Shown in pieces: positions 25,905 to 37,979 of a stretch of DNA of 64,000 nt. A program made the position numbers and the translations under genes. Numbering within the stretch: the stretch's first letter is position 1; every line of letters starts with the position of its first letter. The stretch is from Tricharina praecox (Eukaryota): NCBI RefSeq assembly GCF_024521635.1, contig NW_026250406.1, positions 558,001 to 622,000 on the forward strand. Direction: 5' to 3'. The notes below the pieces were generated by a model that saw only the letters and a list, made by a program, of their open reading frames with translations, made no database searches and was not told the DNA's origin.

Positions 25905-27260
25905 TGGAGCACACGGGGCGCTCCTTGTCACTCTCCGTGGAATCGTTATCCATGTTAGAGTCGCTCCAGATGTTGCAGGACGCAGCCGGGTGAGGCTCAT
26001 CGTCATCCGTCTCTTCTCAAGAGCCGCAGCGGTGAGTCGGCTGTGATGTTCTTGAGCAGGCTGAAGTAGCTACTGTTAGTGATTATGAACCGGAGTAGTG
26101 ATAGAAATCAGTGCACATACCGTATCCGTTGGTTCAATTCCAGACCACCGGGTTGGGAGATGATTTAACCATGGCAACCGCAGTGGGTTGATGTGCCGTA
26201 ATGGGAAGTTGCAACTGCAAAAACAGCAGGAAGTTGAAAAGGAGGGTAAACGGAACGGAGATGGCAAACGAAAGAAAAGAGATGCGGAGAAGTATGAAGA
26301 GGAATTGAATGGGATGGGAGGAAATGGCGGAGAAGATGCGAAGACAAGTCGAAAAGGTGGGGAGGTAGACGGAAAAGGAAAGGGATCGGAAATAAGCATG
26401 TAAATTGACTTGGAGATGGGTGGAAAAGAGTGAGTAGATGAGAAGATGAGAAGATGAGAAGATGAGAGCTTTTTTCCGGGTTGTCGGATGGGAATTTCGA
26501 TCCTAGTGGATTGTGGATTGCAAAGTTGATACCGCAGAGGGCTGAATTGATGGTGATGGTAGTTGTTGTGTTTGAGGTTGGGTGGGGAGTGAGGGTGGGG
26601 AGTGAGTGTGGGGAGTGTGTGAGGTGGAGTGAAAGTGAGTGAGGTGGAGTGAAAGTGAGTGAGGTGGAGTGAAAGTGGATGGGATGGATGGATTTGACGA
26701 GAAGAACCAGATACGTCACCGCCATGCCCAATAAATAGAAAAAACACAAACAGCCCCCATCCAGGCCCCCCCCCATATAATGCAATACGTCATCGACACG
26801 CGCCAGAACCTCAACAACCCAGCTATCACGTGCTTCTTGCAGTTCCGATGTTCATTCCTCTGCTCTGCTTCTTGCTACAGCTGCGGCAGATTGACCGCCA
26901 GGCCTTGTCTCCCCGGTACAATCCGGTGCGTCTTAGACCCAATCATTCTCCACAAAAACCCACACCGGCTCGTACACTTACTTGCCTCTCTTCTGTTGCA
27001 ATCAGCTCCTCTTCGCATACCTCGATCTCCAGCACCAATCGTTACCATTTACTTCTTGCTGCCGACTCGTCGGCGTCTGCGTTATCATAATCCTAGAGTC
27101 ACTCCGTGCTGCAGTACCATGCTCGATGAGGTGCCGTGAGGATGCAGCAAGTACACACCTATGCCTCATCACAGACTGCCAACCGCGGTCACTGTTCCGT
27201 GGAGAGGTCGAGTGCTGATCGAGGTAATCAGGGGTTCTGGTGGTACCTACTCGGTTTGGC
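25905..27260 (-). repeat. Repeat family A, copy 2 (inverted relative to 1-1260), with a local 20-bp tandem (gtgaggtggagtgaaagtga) at ~26620-26680
   Basis: ORF-track peptides are near-identical between 494..715 + (MFFLLIGHDGDASGSSHQINPSHPLSLH) and 26076..26747 - (MFFLFIGHGGDVSGSSRQIHPSHPLSLH). Confidence 0.85.
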
Positions 27261-27289
27261 AGTGGGACCTAGATGGTGTTTCTGGCCTT

Positions 27290-28735
27290 AAGTGACCACG
27301 GATTTCTGCTCTGGAGGAAGATGACAAGGAGGATCAGCGACCTCATTCCTGGTGTTTTTACCTATTTATCCGCCGACGGAGGTCGCCAGCTAACTGTGAG
27401 TGGAACCAGAATTGCATAGGTACACCAAACAGCCGCACAGGATGAAGGATACAAGTCGTATACTCTCAAAAGTCGAGAGTCCATTCATCGCAGCCGCAGC
27501 TGCCACCACCCCCGAGTCCTTACCTTCCCTTCCGCCGTAACTACCTCGATATCCGATTGCAGATTTAGCATCAGAAAACTCCGACATCCCCCTCACACAG
27601 CGCCGGTTGTGCCCAGATGCTGGAGTCGACCGTCCACTTCGTAGGGTCACCGGTTGGTCGATTATCACCCCTACCAGCGGTCCGGCCCCACAAAGCAAGA
27701 AGAGGTTGAAGGGCGTATTCGAGCAAGGGACTGGATGAGTTCCACAAAGTATCGAAGAAGAACTGAGTACCTACCGGTAGCAGTAATGTTGCATGCTGAT
27801 GTCGGGTAGTCGTCAGAGCGGAAGGGATAAGAGGAAATCGGGGACAATCGTTACTGTGCCGAGTGCTGGAGTCTGAGTGCTTGCTGACGAGCTTCATTCT
27901 TACCGCGACTCCACGAGGGCAATCGTTTCCGCGACGAGTCCTGATTTACTGCTGGTAAATTTCACGCTTTCCGGGAATTCTAGGGAGCACCCCTCTCGTG
28001 ATGGGGATGTTGGCGATGGACGGAGTACCGGATGCTTCTCGGCAGGATAGTGACGAGGAGCAGTGACCTCTTTGGTGGGTCCCTACTATCTGTTTTCACC
28101 AATTTATTCGCAGAAGGAGGATCGCCAGCTAACCATGGTAGGAATCAGAATATCCTCAGTACAACGAACAGGCCGCACATGAGGAAGGATGGGATAATAC
28201 AAATGGATGCCCTCCAGAGTCCGATCCTTGCAGCAACTGCCACCACTCCCGATTCCGCGCCCTTCACTGCCGCCATACCTCGATACTCGATTCCGAATTT
28301 ACTATAGTACCAACGTGCTCCATCGGGCATCTCCCTCACTCCTCACCCAGCGCCGATTATGCCCGGAGGCTGGAGTCGACCGTCCACTTCGTAGGGTCAC
28401 CGGGTTGGTCGATCATCACCCATACCAGCGGTCCAGCCCCCAGTGGTAAGCAGACGTTAACGGCGTACGAACATTCGGTCATGGGACCGACTGGATGAGA
28501 TTGACAAAGTGTCCGGAAAAAAGCGAGGACCGGTAGCGGCAGCAGGGATGTTTCATGCTGATTTCGGGTACCGGTAACCAGGGCCGAAGGAATAAGGCGA
28601 AAGTCTGGGGCAATTGTTTCCGTGCCGAGTGCTGAAGCCTGAGTGCCTACTGACAAGCTTCAAAGTTCACTCATTCCGCAAAGGCAATGTCGAACCATTC
28701 TCATGATGGAGAGATTGGCGTTGGACGGAGTACCT
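27290..28735. repeat. Tandem duplication, ~750-bp unit x2
   Basis: An identical 33-mer, tggagtcgaccgtccacttcgtagggtcaccgg, occurs at 27621 and 28371, with collinear similarity on both sides. Confidence 0.9.
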
Positions 28736-29022
28736 AGAGACTACCGTAGACAACTTCAGTGCCCCTCTGACACATTCTGCTACAATAAAATTAAGGAGCT
28801 ACTACCGTACTATATAGTCAAAATAAGATGCTGTGCACAATTTTTCGAAAATGTAAATAGTACCCAGGGCCAGAATCACATTACACAATCCGATGGTTTG
28901 CATCATTCATTCATTCGTCATAGTGTGGTATCCAATCATCCCATCCATCCTATGCCCTCGAATACAATTCATCAGACAACCGCAAAAGCGCCACCCAATT
29001 CATCTCCGACCATATGCACACT

Positions 29023-29468
29023 CTATTTATCGGCGACAGGGAACTCCTTTCCAGTCGCACTCTTGTACTGTCCACGGATGACTGTATTCAAGTAACATCA
29101 GCACCGTGCACACGAGAGAGAGAGAGGGTGTGTGTGAGGGGGTGAAAGGGGATACTAACAGTCGCTAATAGCCTCATCCTTCCTCTGCTCGAAAGCATTC
29201 TCGTTGTTCTGGGGACCCTGGCCGAGGACCTTCTCCTGGAACATGTCGATGGCTATTTCGCACACGCGCATCGTCAGCGCACGCTTTTTGACGGTGGTGG
29301 GGAGGGGATGATTGTAGTACCCTTGTCGAGCGCATCCTCCTTGTGCTCGCTCTGAGGGCCTCCGCCGGCCGCGCCGTGGAGACGGTCCATGAATCCGCCG
29401 CTCGACGCGGGCTGCTGCGCCGGCTTCTTGCTGCTGCTACCGCCGGTGAAGTTCTTGAGGAGATCCAT
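29023..29468 (-). CDS. Small conserved fungal hydrophilic protein, 99 aa (family often labelled 'DNA damage-responsive protein 48'-like); exons 29468-29321, 29252-29160, 29081-29023
   Basis: Two GT-AG introns give MDLLKNFTGG...GGGPQSEHKEDALDKAIDMFQEKVLGQGPQNNENAFEQRKDEAISDFIRGQYKSATGKEFPVADK*. This matches a recalled ascomycete motif, EDxLDKxxDxxQExxLGQGxQxNExAxEQxKDExISDxIRxQYKxATGKxFP. Confidence 0.9.
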
Positions 29469-30790
29469 TGCGTTTTGTGTGGTTGTGGTGGTTGTGGTGG
29501 TTGTGGTGGTTGTGGTGGAGTATGTGGAGGTGCTGTTGAGGTTGTTACCGAGATGGAGGGGAAGTTGGACTATCTATATGAGTGTTCGTTGAGTAAGCGG
29601 CCTTGGAAACGCGGGGTTCACGTTGATGTCATGGTCGCAGGTGCACGCAGGTCGTCGCACGCACCAAAGTCGCGTATGTAGAGTATAAAACGCCAAGGAC
29701 CTATGGGAGCACTGGATAAACAACCGGACTGGACGAGGGAAATTGTGCTCCAGAGCGCGACTTGGCATGCGAATACTTCTGAAGCGATCTTGTTAGTGGC
29801 CAGCAATAGTCGCAGCCACGGCGTGCGAGCGCGGGACAGCCCAGATCTATCATCTCCCATCGACTCCGCGCAGAGCAGAGCAGAGCAGAGATCTCGCGAT
29901 GTCTACTCTGATCAACCTGCCTGGTTTGTTTCTAAATATTTCCATCACGGCAGGCCGATGCTGTTCGCTTGCGGTCGCCGGTATCGATCCCTAGCTTGCA
30001 GCTTAGGCCCTGCGTATCGACATATCGCGATTCGCCATACCAGTTGCCGCTAAACCCATCGGAAGCTTGATTTCGCGACACCTCGAACACTGTGCATCGA
30101 TGCTCCATCAGCTCCGCCCCCGCCACCCCCGCAGCCCGCCTCCGCTCCCGCCTCCGCCGCGCCCCCGCCGAGCCCGCAGTCTTACATACATGTCGGTTCG
30201 CCACCTTCCTTGTGCGCGATATGGTAGGTTCATGTACCATCAAGCCCACCTACCTTTATCCCCCGCGAATCACTCTCCCAAGACCCGATCATGACCGTTC
30301 GGATGCCTGCCTCTGCGTGCAGTGGCACTCCCCGCCATTCGTGCGCCAACGCCCCTATCGAGCCCGCTTTGTGGGCGCCGTGCGGCGTGGCGTGCGCCAC
30401 CGGCCAGCCGTTCGACAGAAACCACTGTTTTAGCGCACACCTACACACATACGGATTTAGAAATGCACCAACGAACGACGGCCCACGGGGTGTGGTGGAT
30501 AATGGATATGCCGCTGAGATCTCCGAGCAACACTCTGGCACTCTCACCACTCTCACCACCCTCGACTCTCGACGTCTCGAGCTGGGGCGGGGGCTGGGGC
30601 TAAGAACGCGGTGAGTGATTGGATGGATAACAGGACACATCTCTAGAGTAGGTACATACCGGTATGTGGAGGTTCGGCAGAAGTCAGAAGGCTGGCTGTA
30701 CGGTATGTATGCACAACGCCACAGCGTATGTATATCTGTACGGTATGTATGCGCCCCGTTACCACCGCACCACTGAACCACGTCAACAAA

Positions 30791-30818
30791 CAGCAGCAGC
30801 AGCAGCAGCAGCAGCAGC
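30791..30818. repeat. (CAG)n microsatellite
   Basis: About 9 CAG units. Confidence 0.9.
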
Positions 30819-32861
30819 GTCACAGGCGGCGGCGGTGGTCGAATTGCTCCCCTAGAGTACGGTAGCTGTGCATAGGTTGGGGAATACCTAGTTGGGAGTA
30901 GAAGGAGTTGAAGGAGAGGAGAGGAAGGTGCACGCGACGCGCAAGCGGCCTGGGGGACCAGGCAAATTGCGGGGAAGGTAATCGAGGGGAGGGGAGGGGA
31001 GGGGGGGTATGCTCGATCAGATTGTTTGTCCCATGTGGGCAAAATGTGATCGCCGGTTGGACGATTAGTGAACGGTCACCGGTGTCGACGGGCCCGCTTC
31101 TTGGTCGAGGTCGAGACCGTTCTGATTTCTATGTCGTCGTGCTGTTTTGATTCGAGGCGATTAAGATCACGATATGGTCGAGGCCGTCCTAACTTCTGTG
31201 CCGGCGTGGTGTTTTAATCGGAACGATTAAGATCACGATATCATCCCAATTCGAACTTCGTGATAATCGATCGCGTTGATATTCGATCGCCCTGAATCCC
31301 CTGGCGACTCAGTCGGTATGGGAATGTACGTGTGAAGCATAGGCGTGTGGTGATAGTCATTCGGGTCCCGACGAGTGGACGACAGCACCTTACGGTACTT
31401 AAAGATGAACTTCAGTGCGCGTGGTATGTATCGGCAGCGATATCAACGCCGGCATCCGCGTCGCGCGATAAGTAATCTTGCAGTCGTCTCCAAATATGTA
31501 ACCTCTGCGGTTGTGAAGGATGTCTACCTATTTCTGCAACATCTCGACAGTGATTACTGGGTGAGGAGGTACCGTATGCGGGACGTTTCGAGCTTTGGCA
31601 GGTGCTTGGGAGGGGCCAGACCCCAACTGCTCTCGATCAGTATGTAGTAGCGATCCGAACGAATAAGACCCTCAATAAACACAGCCAAAGTCGGGTACGA
31701 TATTTCCATCGATAAGCCGCGCTTTCGCTGGAGAACACATACCTACCGGTAACATAACCACCACAGCTGAGATGTGGAGTGTGGATGAGTCTACTACTAC
31801 AGTCTACGGTACTATGAGTATAGGGGTAACACGATAAAATACGCCAGATAGCTGATAGAAGAGTAGATTTGGACATGGAAATTATTGCCTCGATTCTCGA
31901 GATATCTACAGGCCTCAGCTCTACACAACTTTCTTGTCGACACGGAGAGTCTCCCGAGTCAGCATTCCAGGACAGCAGCACAGTGCACTGCGGGACAGCC
32001 CCCCTGGTCAATTTCCAATCGCGAGCCAGGATGATGAGTACGTCACTTTAGTGCCGAATTCTGGCTTGCAAACCGCTCCCCCTGTCAGTCGGCCAGACAC
32101 CAGTCCGCCAGTCCTCTTGCCTGTCAGAAACGAAACCTGTCGAGTTCGTCCCGCCTCCCCTCCCCCGCCACGAGGAGAGAAAAAACCAACTTTCGGCTCA
32201 CTTCGCTAACTCTCCACGCGCACTTTGGCTCAGCATCCTCGTTTCTCACCTGCTTCTCCACGAACACCGACCGCCCCCATCCTCCACCACCACGGCCAGC
32301 AACTTGCAGCTCGTATGATCGTCTACACACGCCCGCCCACCATACCGTACATACATCTCCATCATTATCCTCCTCTTCTACCTTCGGCCCTAGCGAAACT
32401 TTGCACACCGCCGCCGCCAGCGAATCACCATCCTCCACCAGCACAAATTTGCGCCACGTTACATACGCATGTACGTGCTGATAACCGACTGCTCGTCTAT
32501 TTAGCCCTGTTTGCTTGTTTCTCCGCTTTTGCTTTTTGTGCTGCTTTTTTGCCTGTCGGTCCGTCCTGCTTGCACATGCAGGTATAGTTTTCTGCTACCT
32601 ATTCTACATACCATTTGGGTTTCGGTTGCATCTGCATTGTCCGTGGGTACTGCGTGTCTCGTGTCTTTTTTTCTGCTCGCTCCCACCGAAAGTTCCCCTA
32701 AATTTGCACGCTGTCCCGCTGGCGAACTGGCAGTCTGAGACCTGTCGCACCTCCGCCCCCCTCCACAAAGTCTTATCCCATCAGAACTCACTGCACGGAC
32801 AGACAAGACTTTCTCCACATCAGAAAGGCAGAACTTCCACCCATTGCGTTCGCCAAGCATC

Positions 32862-33911
32862 ATGAACCTCTTCCGCAGTTCCATATCCTCCCTGGCGCCC
32901 TCCTCCGCCGCCTCCTCCGATCCCACCAGTGCAAGAGCGTCCCTTTCCCTAACCCCACCATCAACGGGCACCTTCCCATCGGCACGATGCTTCAGCCACC
33001 GTCCTTCCACCACGACCACCAACACCACCACAACGACCGGCTCCTCGTCTCCGGCTCTCAACGGCGGCGGCTCTAACTCCACATCCACAACCGAGTCCAC
33101 CGCATCCCGCATCGTTTCCTCCTTCAACCCAACAAAAACCTACCACATCCCGACGCACGGCGGCGTGATGCCTTCGACAACGCCATTGCAGATCTACGAC
33201 CTCACGCCGCACCTGAAGAATCGAGTCCCCGCCGCAGATCCGTATTCGGACCGAAAAGCGTTTAAGCGCGAGGTGCGCTCGATCCTGAAGGCGTGGAAGG
33301 AACGGGAAAAGGAGGGCGGTAAAGGGAAGGATGTGAATGTGATGGGAGGGCTGGAGACGGCGATGGTGGTGCGCCGAGGGAAGAAGGGGGTGAAAGTACT
33401 GGAGGATCTGGACTCGAGTGGTACGGCGAGCTGGAGTGTGCCGTGGGCGCTGTGGAAGGAGATCGTGGTCGATATCGATTACCCCGGCAGGGGAGAGTGG
33501 GATGTCGGCGTGTGGACGCATACCTTCGATCCACGCAGCCAGATCTTTGAGTCGCGAGGGGCAAGGTTGGCCTTCCTCTACGCCCCACACACCTGCAGGG
33601 CATACCCGGCTGACAACTGGAAAAGCTACAGGTGGAAATTCGCGACTCCACGCGAGTTGGTGCTTGAGAAGAGCGCGCCGGGCATGGGGCGATATGTCGT
33701 CGCCGTGTTCTACCTAACAGTAAGCAGTGCCTTTTTCCCGGTGGACCTTAGGGCGTGGGCTGAGGGGGTCGTGAAGCGTGGGGTGGGCACCACGGAGGGA
33801 ACGTTGTTGTTCGATGAGAGGGGCGTAGATAGGTTGCTTGCCGTGGCGACGATCTTGACCGCACTGAAGAGGGAGAGGCAGAGGTGGGGGGTGCTGGGAG
33901 GGACGGTTTGA
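32862..33911 (+). CDS. Single-exon hypothetical protein, ~349 aa; S/T-rich N-terminus and a beta-rich C-terminal domain ending in a hydrophobic helix
   Basis: Long ATG-initiated ORF with GC3-biased codons. The C-terminus GTLLFDERGVDRLLAVATILTALKRERQR resembles uncharacterised fungal proteins, possibly with a tubby/LURP1-like fold (inference). Confidence 0.75.
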   Translation: MNLFRSSISSLAPSSAASSDPTSARASLSLTPPSTGTFPSARCFSHRPSTTTTNTTTTTGSSSPALNGGGSNSTSTTESTASRIVSSFNPTKTYHIPTHGGVMPSTTPLQIYDLTPHLKNRVPAADPYSDRKAFKREVRSILKAWKEREKEGGKGKDVNVMGGLETAMVVRRGKKGVKVLEDLDSSGTASWSVPWALWKEIVVDIDYPGRGEWDVGVWTHTFDPRSQIFESRGARLAFLYAPHTCRAYPADNWKSYRWKFATPRELVLEKSAPGMGRYVVAVFYLTVSSAFFPVDLRAWAEGVVKRGVGTTEGTLLFDERGVDRLLAVATILTALKRERQRWGVLGGTV

Positions 33912-35289
33912 GAAAGAGAGAGCGGGCAGGCGGGCCGGCGGGTGTGCATGCATGGAAGGCGGCGTTGGGATCTGTTTACATATCTGTCTTTTTGGCGTTC
34001 GGCATAGGGTGGTGGGGCTGTCGTTTCTTGTTTTGGCATAGGTACATGTTCGCGATATCGTTCTCCCACTGTTTACTTTCGTTGTACTGTAATCTGGCCC
34101 TAGTAATAGTCGCATGTGGAATTGACCGATTACCACTCATCCTAGATCTCTAGCAGGATCGCGAGCGCGGGGAGTGACTGTTGTCTCCGCAACTCCTAAA
34201 AATCCCAAAACCTTGAAGACGAGCATGCAGATCGTGACGTCGTATGGTGGGGGTTCCACGTGTGGTGGGGTTCCTTGTGTGGCTGGTGAGATCGGTAGAT
34301 ATTCATGGTCACTTACTCGCACGATTACCTGTAATTCGCTCGTCGGACTACTGGTAATTCAGTATGTTCGAACTAAACCAGGTTTCAGCACACCATACCG
34401 GGCTAAGATCAAAGGGGAAGGATAGCGGGAGGCAATCGCTCTTGTATGTACATAACAATCACGATCTACCGAAGGTCGAATAGTAGGTATGATATGACGA
34501 GTAAACCGAATAAAAAGCTGCACGAGTACTGTGCGTACGGCTTATTTTGCTATTGTATGATACTTTTGAGCTCTTGCTACCAGTAACCCCATGCATTATA
34601 CGGCACTGAGCGGCAGGGCGGTTCGATACTGCGTCAACTAGTGTGGTGCGAGGCTGACCGCATGCGAATTATCACCCACTCGCCCTACCCACACGATCAC
34701 TCCTTTGAAGTTAGGTATCAACCCTCACATTGAAAATTTCCACAGTCACAGCGCCCACAATCCCCAACAAAACCCGACTTCCTCCCACCTCCCTCCCCCT
34801 CTTCCTTCTTCATCCCTCATCTTCTTCCACTATCAATTCATCTACCATCACTGCCTTCACAATTATTTCTTCCACTATCACAACTACAATCGTTAAGTCG
34901 ACCAACGACTTGCACCAGCTTCCACACTGTGGTTGGTCCGCCCCGGCGTGCAGAGCGTGAAGCTCAGCGCCTTCGATTCAATGGCTACGCACCTCTCACC
35001 CGTTCGGTATGTAATACGCTCAACACCTGCATCCCTTCCGAACAGATGCTGATACTGGTCCCGCCTGATTAGCATCACTACCATCTCCGACCCAGAACCA
35101 CTTTTCCAGTTCCTCAATCACAATACCAGTCACCCACACGGGGGCTTTTTTACAACTCAACCTAATCGATCCGAATTGCAACGCTATTTCTTTCCACCCG
35201 ACCAGCAGCGGACAGGTTCCGGCTGATGACCACGCTGCGTCGCCCGGTGCGCGCTAATGTTAGGCGGTGGCGAGCTCCACAGAATACGC

Positions 35290-36310
35290 CTATGGGTTGT
35301 GGGAAGTGTGCGAGTCTACGAACAGCACATTCAGCACGCCGTGGACAAATTCAATCTCATTGAGGAGCTTCACTATGCGAACATACTGAACAATCCGGCC
35401 GGCCGATTGTGAGATGGGAATTTTATGGTGAGTTTCTTTACGTCGTTTCCGTTTGCCTAGCGGTGTCTTTGACTTCATGTGCTAATATTCGTCAGGTTTC
35501 TCTAGTCCCTTTAGTACTTCGCCCGCGAGAACGGGCCCCGCCTTTGGTGACAACACCAAAGGTGATGCCTACCTGGGGCCTCTTTTGGTGTGATGTCTGC
35601 CAGTTGACCTGGCCGACGTCCGCCAGAAGGATCTGGGTCCTGCCTTTGGTGTCTGGCAGGCCAGTTGATCTGGTCCGGCCTGACGCCACGGCGGCGATGA
35701 GGATGGGCCAGCTGGGCCCAACCTCACTACCATCGCGATGTTAGGGGGATGCGGGGGTGCGGGATGTTGCCCGAATCAATAATATCGCCTTCAGGAGGAA
35801 CACGAACCGTTGTGAAATGGTTGAAACTGTCGCCCACTGGATCGCCGCCAAAGTCAAGATTGAAGACGAGAAGGCGGCCGCAAAGGGCTACAATGATGAC
35901 TGACTTTTCTTCCGGCCGATTTTGAGATGGGAATTTTATGGTGAGTTTCTTTACGTTGTCTCCGCTTGCCTGATGGTGTCTTTGACTTCATGTGCTGATA
36001 TTCGTGTTTCTCTAGTCACCTAGTTTTACAGATCATTCGAAATGGGCTGCCACCGTTGGTGTCAAGACCTGGTGTGATGCCTGCCAGTTAATCTGGTGGA
36101 AGGCCGCCAGGTCATCTGGTGCGAAACTCGCCAGGAGGTGGGTCTTGTCTTGGTGTGATTCCTGCCAGAACATCTGGTGAATGCCGCCAGCAAGACCTGG
36201 CTCCTGACGGGGCTATATCACCACCGGCGACTCAGCTGGTGGTGGTGGTGGTGAAGGTGGAGGTGGTGGTTACGACCTGGTGTGATGCCTGCCAGTTAAT
36301 TTTTTCGTTT
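35290..36310 (+). pseudogene. Decayed orphan gene with a duplicated intron-containing block and 4 WCDxCQ motifs
   Basis: A ~110-bp block including a GTGAGT..CTAAT/CTGAT..AG intron occurs at ~35397-35505 and ~35912-36016. TGGTGTGATnnnTGCCAG occurs at ~35587, 36070, 36151 and 36278. In-frame stops are present. Confidence 0.45.
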
Positions 36311-37979
36311 CACGGGGGATCTCAATGGGAGGATTTTTTTCTTTTTCGATTTGTTGTTTTCATATGAAATTTCAGTTTTAATTGGCCAGCCGCACAGTTC
36401 TTTGTTAGTCGGACATACCGGTACAGTGTACTGCAGTTGTCACGTAGACGAACACGAAGTGCATGCAGGAGAAGATTTCCTATTCAGCTGGCTACAGAGG
36501 AGGACTGTATACTCGTAGCTAACGGGAGACAGCTATCCCTTTGGTTGTTTCCACGGCCCCAAGCTACGGCACCAGCGGTAGGGGGATGGTTGGGTGGAGG
36601 CGGCTAGTGTGTTGGTTATGATGGGAAGCTGATGTCAAGTGGTATGGTGAGGCGACTATGCGGCCGACTAAGAGATCCCTGTCGCCACCACCGCACCTAT
36701 GCCTGCACCACATGCCAGCCTTCTTCAGCCGGCTGATGGGAGGCTCCTTGCTAGTAACCAGATTCGGACTACTCCCTGTGTCCTTCACTCGCCCGTTGCC
36801 GTGGAATATTTTCGACGAGGGAAGGGATCTGTCCGTCTGAATAAGCGACAAGGTAAGCATTGTCATAATATGACGAACTTCCGTGCACGACATCATGCGA
36901 GATCACTCTGACTTCCGTTGTCCGTTCTCACACGGAGGTGGCGAGCGGCAGCGAGCGGCCTCTATCCGAGGCACCCCTGCACCTTCATCTATATATGCCT
37001 TTTTCTTTCCTCCTGCTACGATACAATGTACACTACTTCAGAATACCACTTTTCTTGATAAGCATCCTCCAAAGCAGATCGAGTGACGGTCTATGCTATT
37101 GACCGAGTGATGGCGCATGCAACCTCGTGTCGTGTCCATAGCCGGTGCCAGGGCAGCCGGTCAGCGGGAACCCGTGCCCTTTACAGCGGTCAGGGTGACA
37201 GCGGTCTGTGGCGGCAAGATGTTGGACGTACCGACTACACACCAGTAACACTGCCCTTCATGTTTATGGGCCACACCCGACTGTAGTATCGGCATTCGCG
37301 AGCTTTGAGCAGTTCTTATTCCAGGCTCGACCTTTAAGTGCCACGGTTGAAATTTGGCTGGATGGCTGATGAGTTGGGTGGACCGTGGCCTTGTTTCTTT
37401 CGGCGCTTGGGAGTAAACAGGGATCGAGCCAAAGAGTCAGTGCATATACAGAAGGAGAAATAGAGGATACAGACGACAGCAATAAAGATTCCTCCCATCG
37501 GACAACTTCTTTGGATGCAATTGTACCTAGATGCCGGAGTCCCATATATATACCCGGAGTCCCCGTCTTCCGCCAACTCCAGAGGAGATGACATGGGTGC
37601 ATAACTGGAAGGTCTAGAATATCCACGCTGCTTTCACCATTCACCATTCACCACTACTACCACCACCTCCTCCTCGACCACTGCTCCTTTTTCCTCTCCC
37701 TCATCAGTCATAATCGGTTGAAATCCAGACCTGCAGGCTAGTACGAGTTGGACCGGAATAGCCGAGGACTAGAATGCCTCCATCACCGGTAATCGATCAG
37801 AACTCCGCCTTAATCAGTAGTCGATCGACATTTGGAGTTGCGCTGGTGCGGTGTAGGTATGTTCGACAGTAATCGGTGGAGGTGTTCGTGGGGTGTCGTT
37901 TCATGTTGGAAACGGTTGTATGGGTAGTCGACTGTCGGATGGTGGCAGGCAGCGGGTTTCAAATTTCGATTCTTTGGCA

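Noticed and set aside
1..28700. Starship or other giant transposon
   Set aside because: No DUF3435 tyrosine recombinase, transposase or typical cargo ORF is recognisable within the window.
30230..31042. 270-aa minus-strand ORF; likewise 56159-57022 +
   Set aside because: They span microsatellites and intergenic-like sequence, with no codon bias or domain evident.
34590..34650. GGTTCGAT as a tRNA T-loop
   Set aside because: No acceptor stem or cloverleaf could be built.
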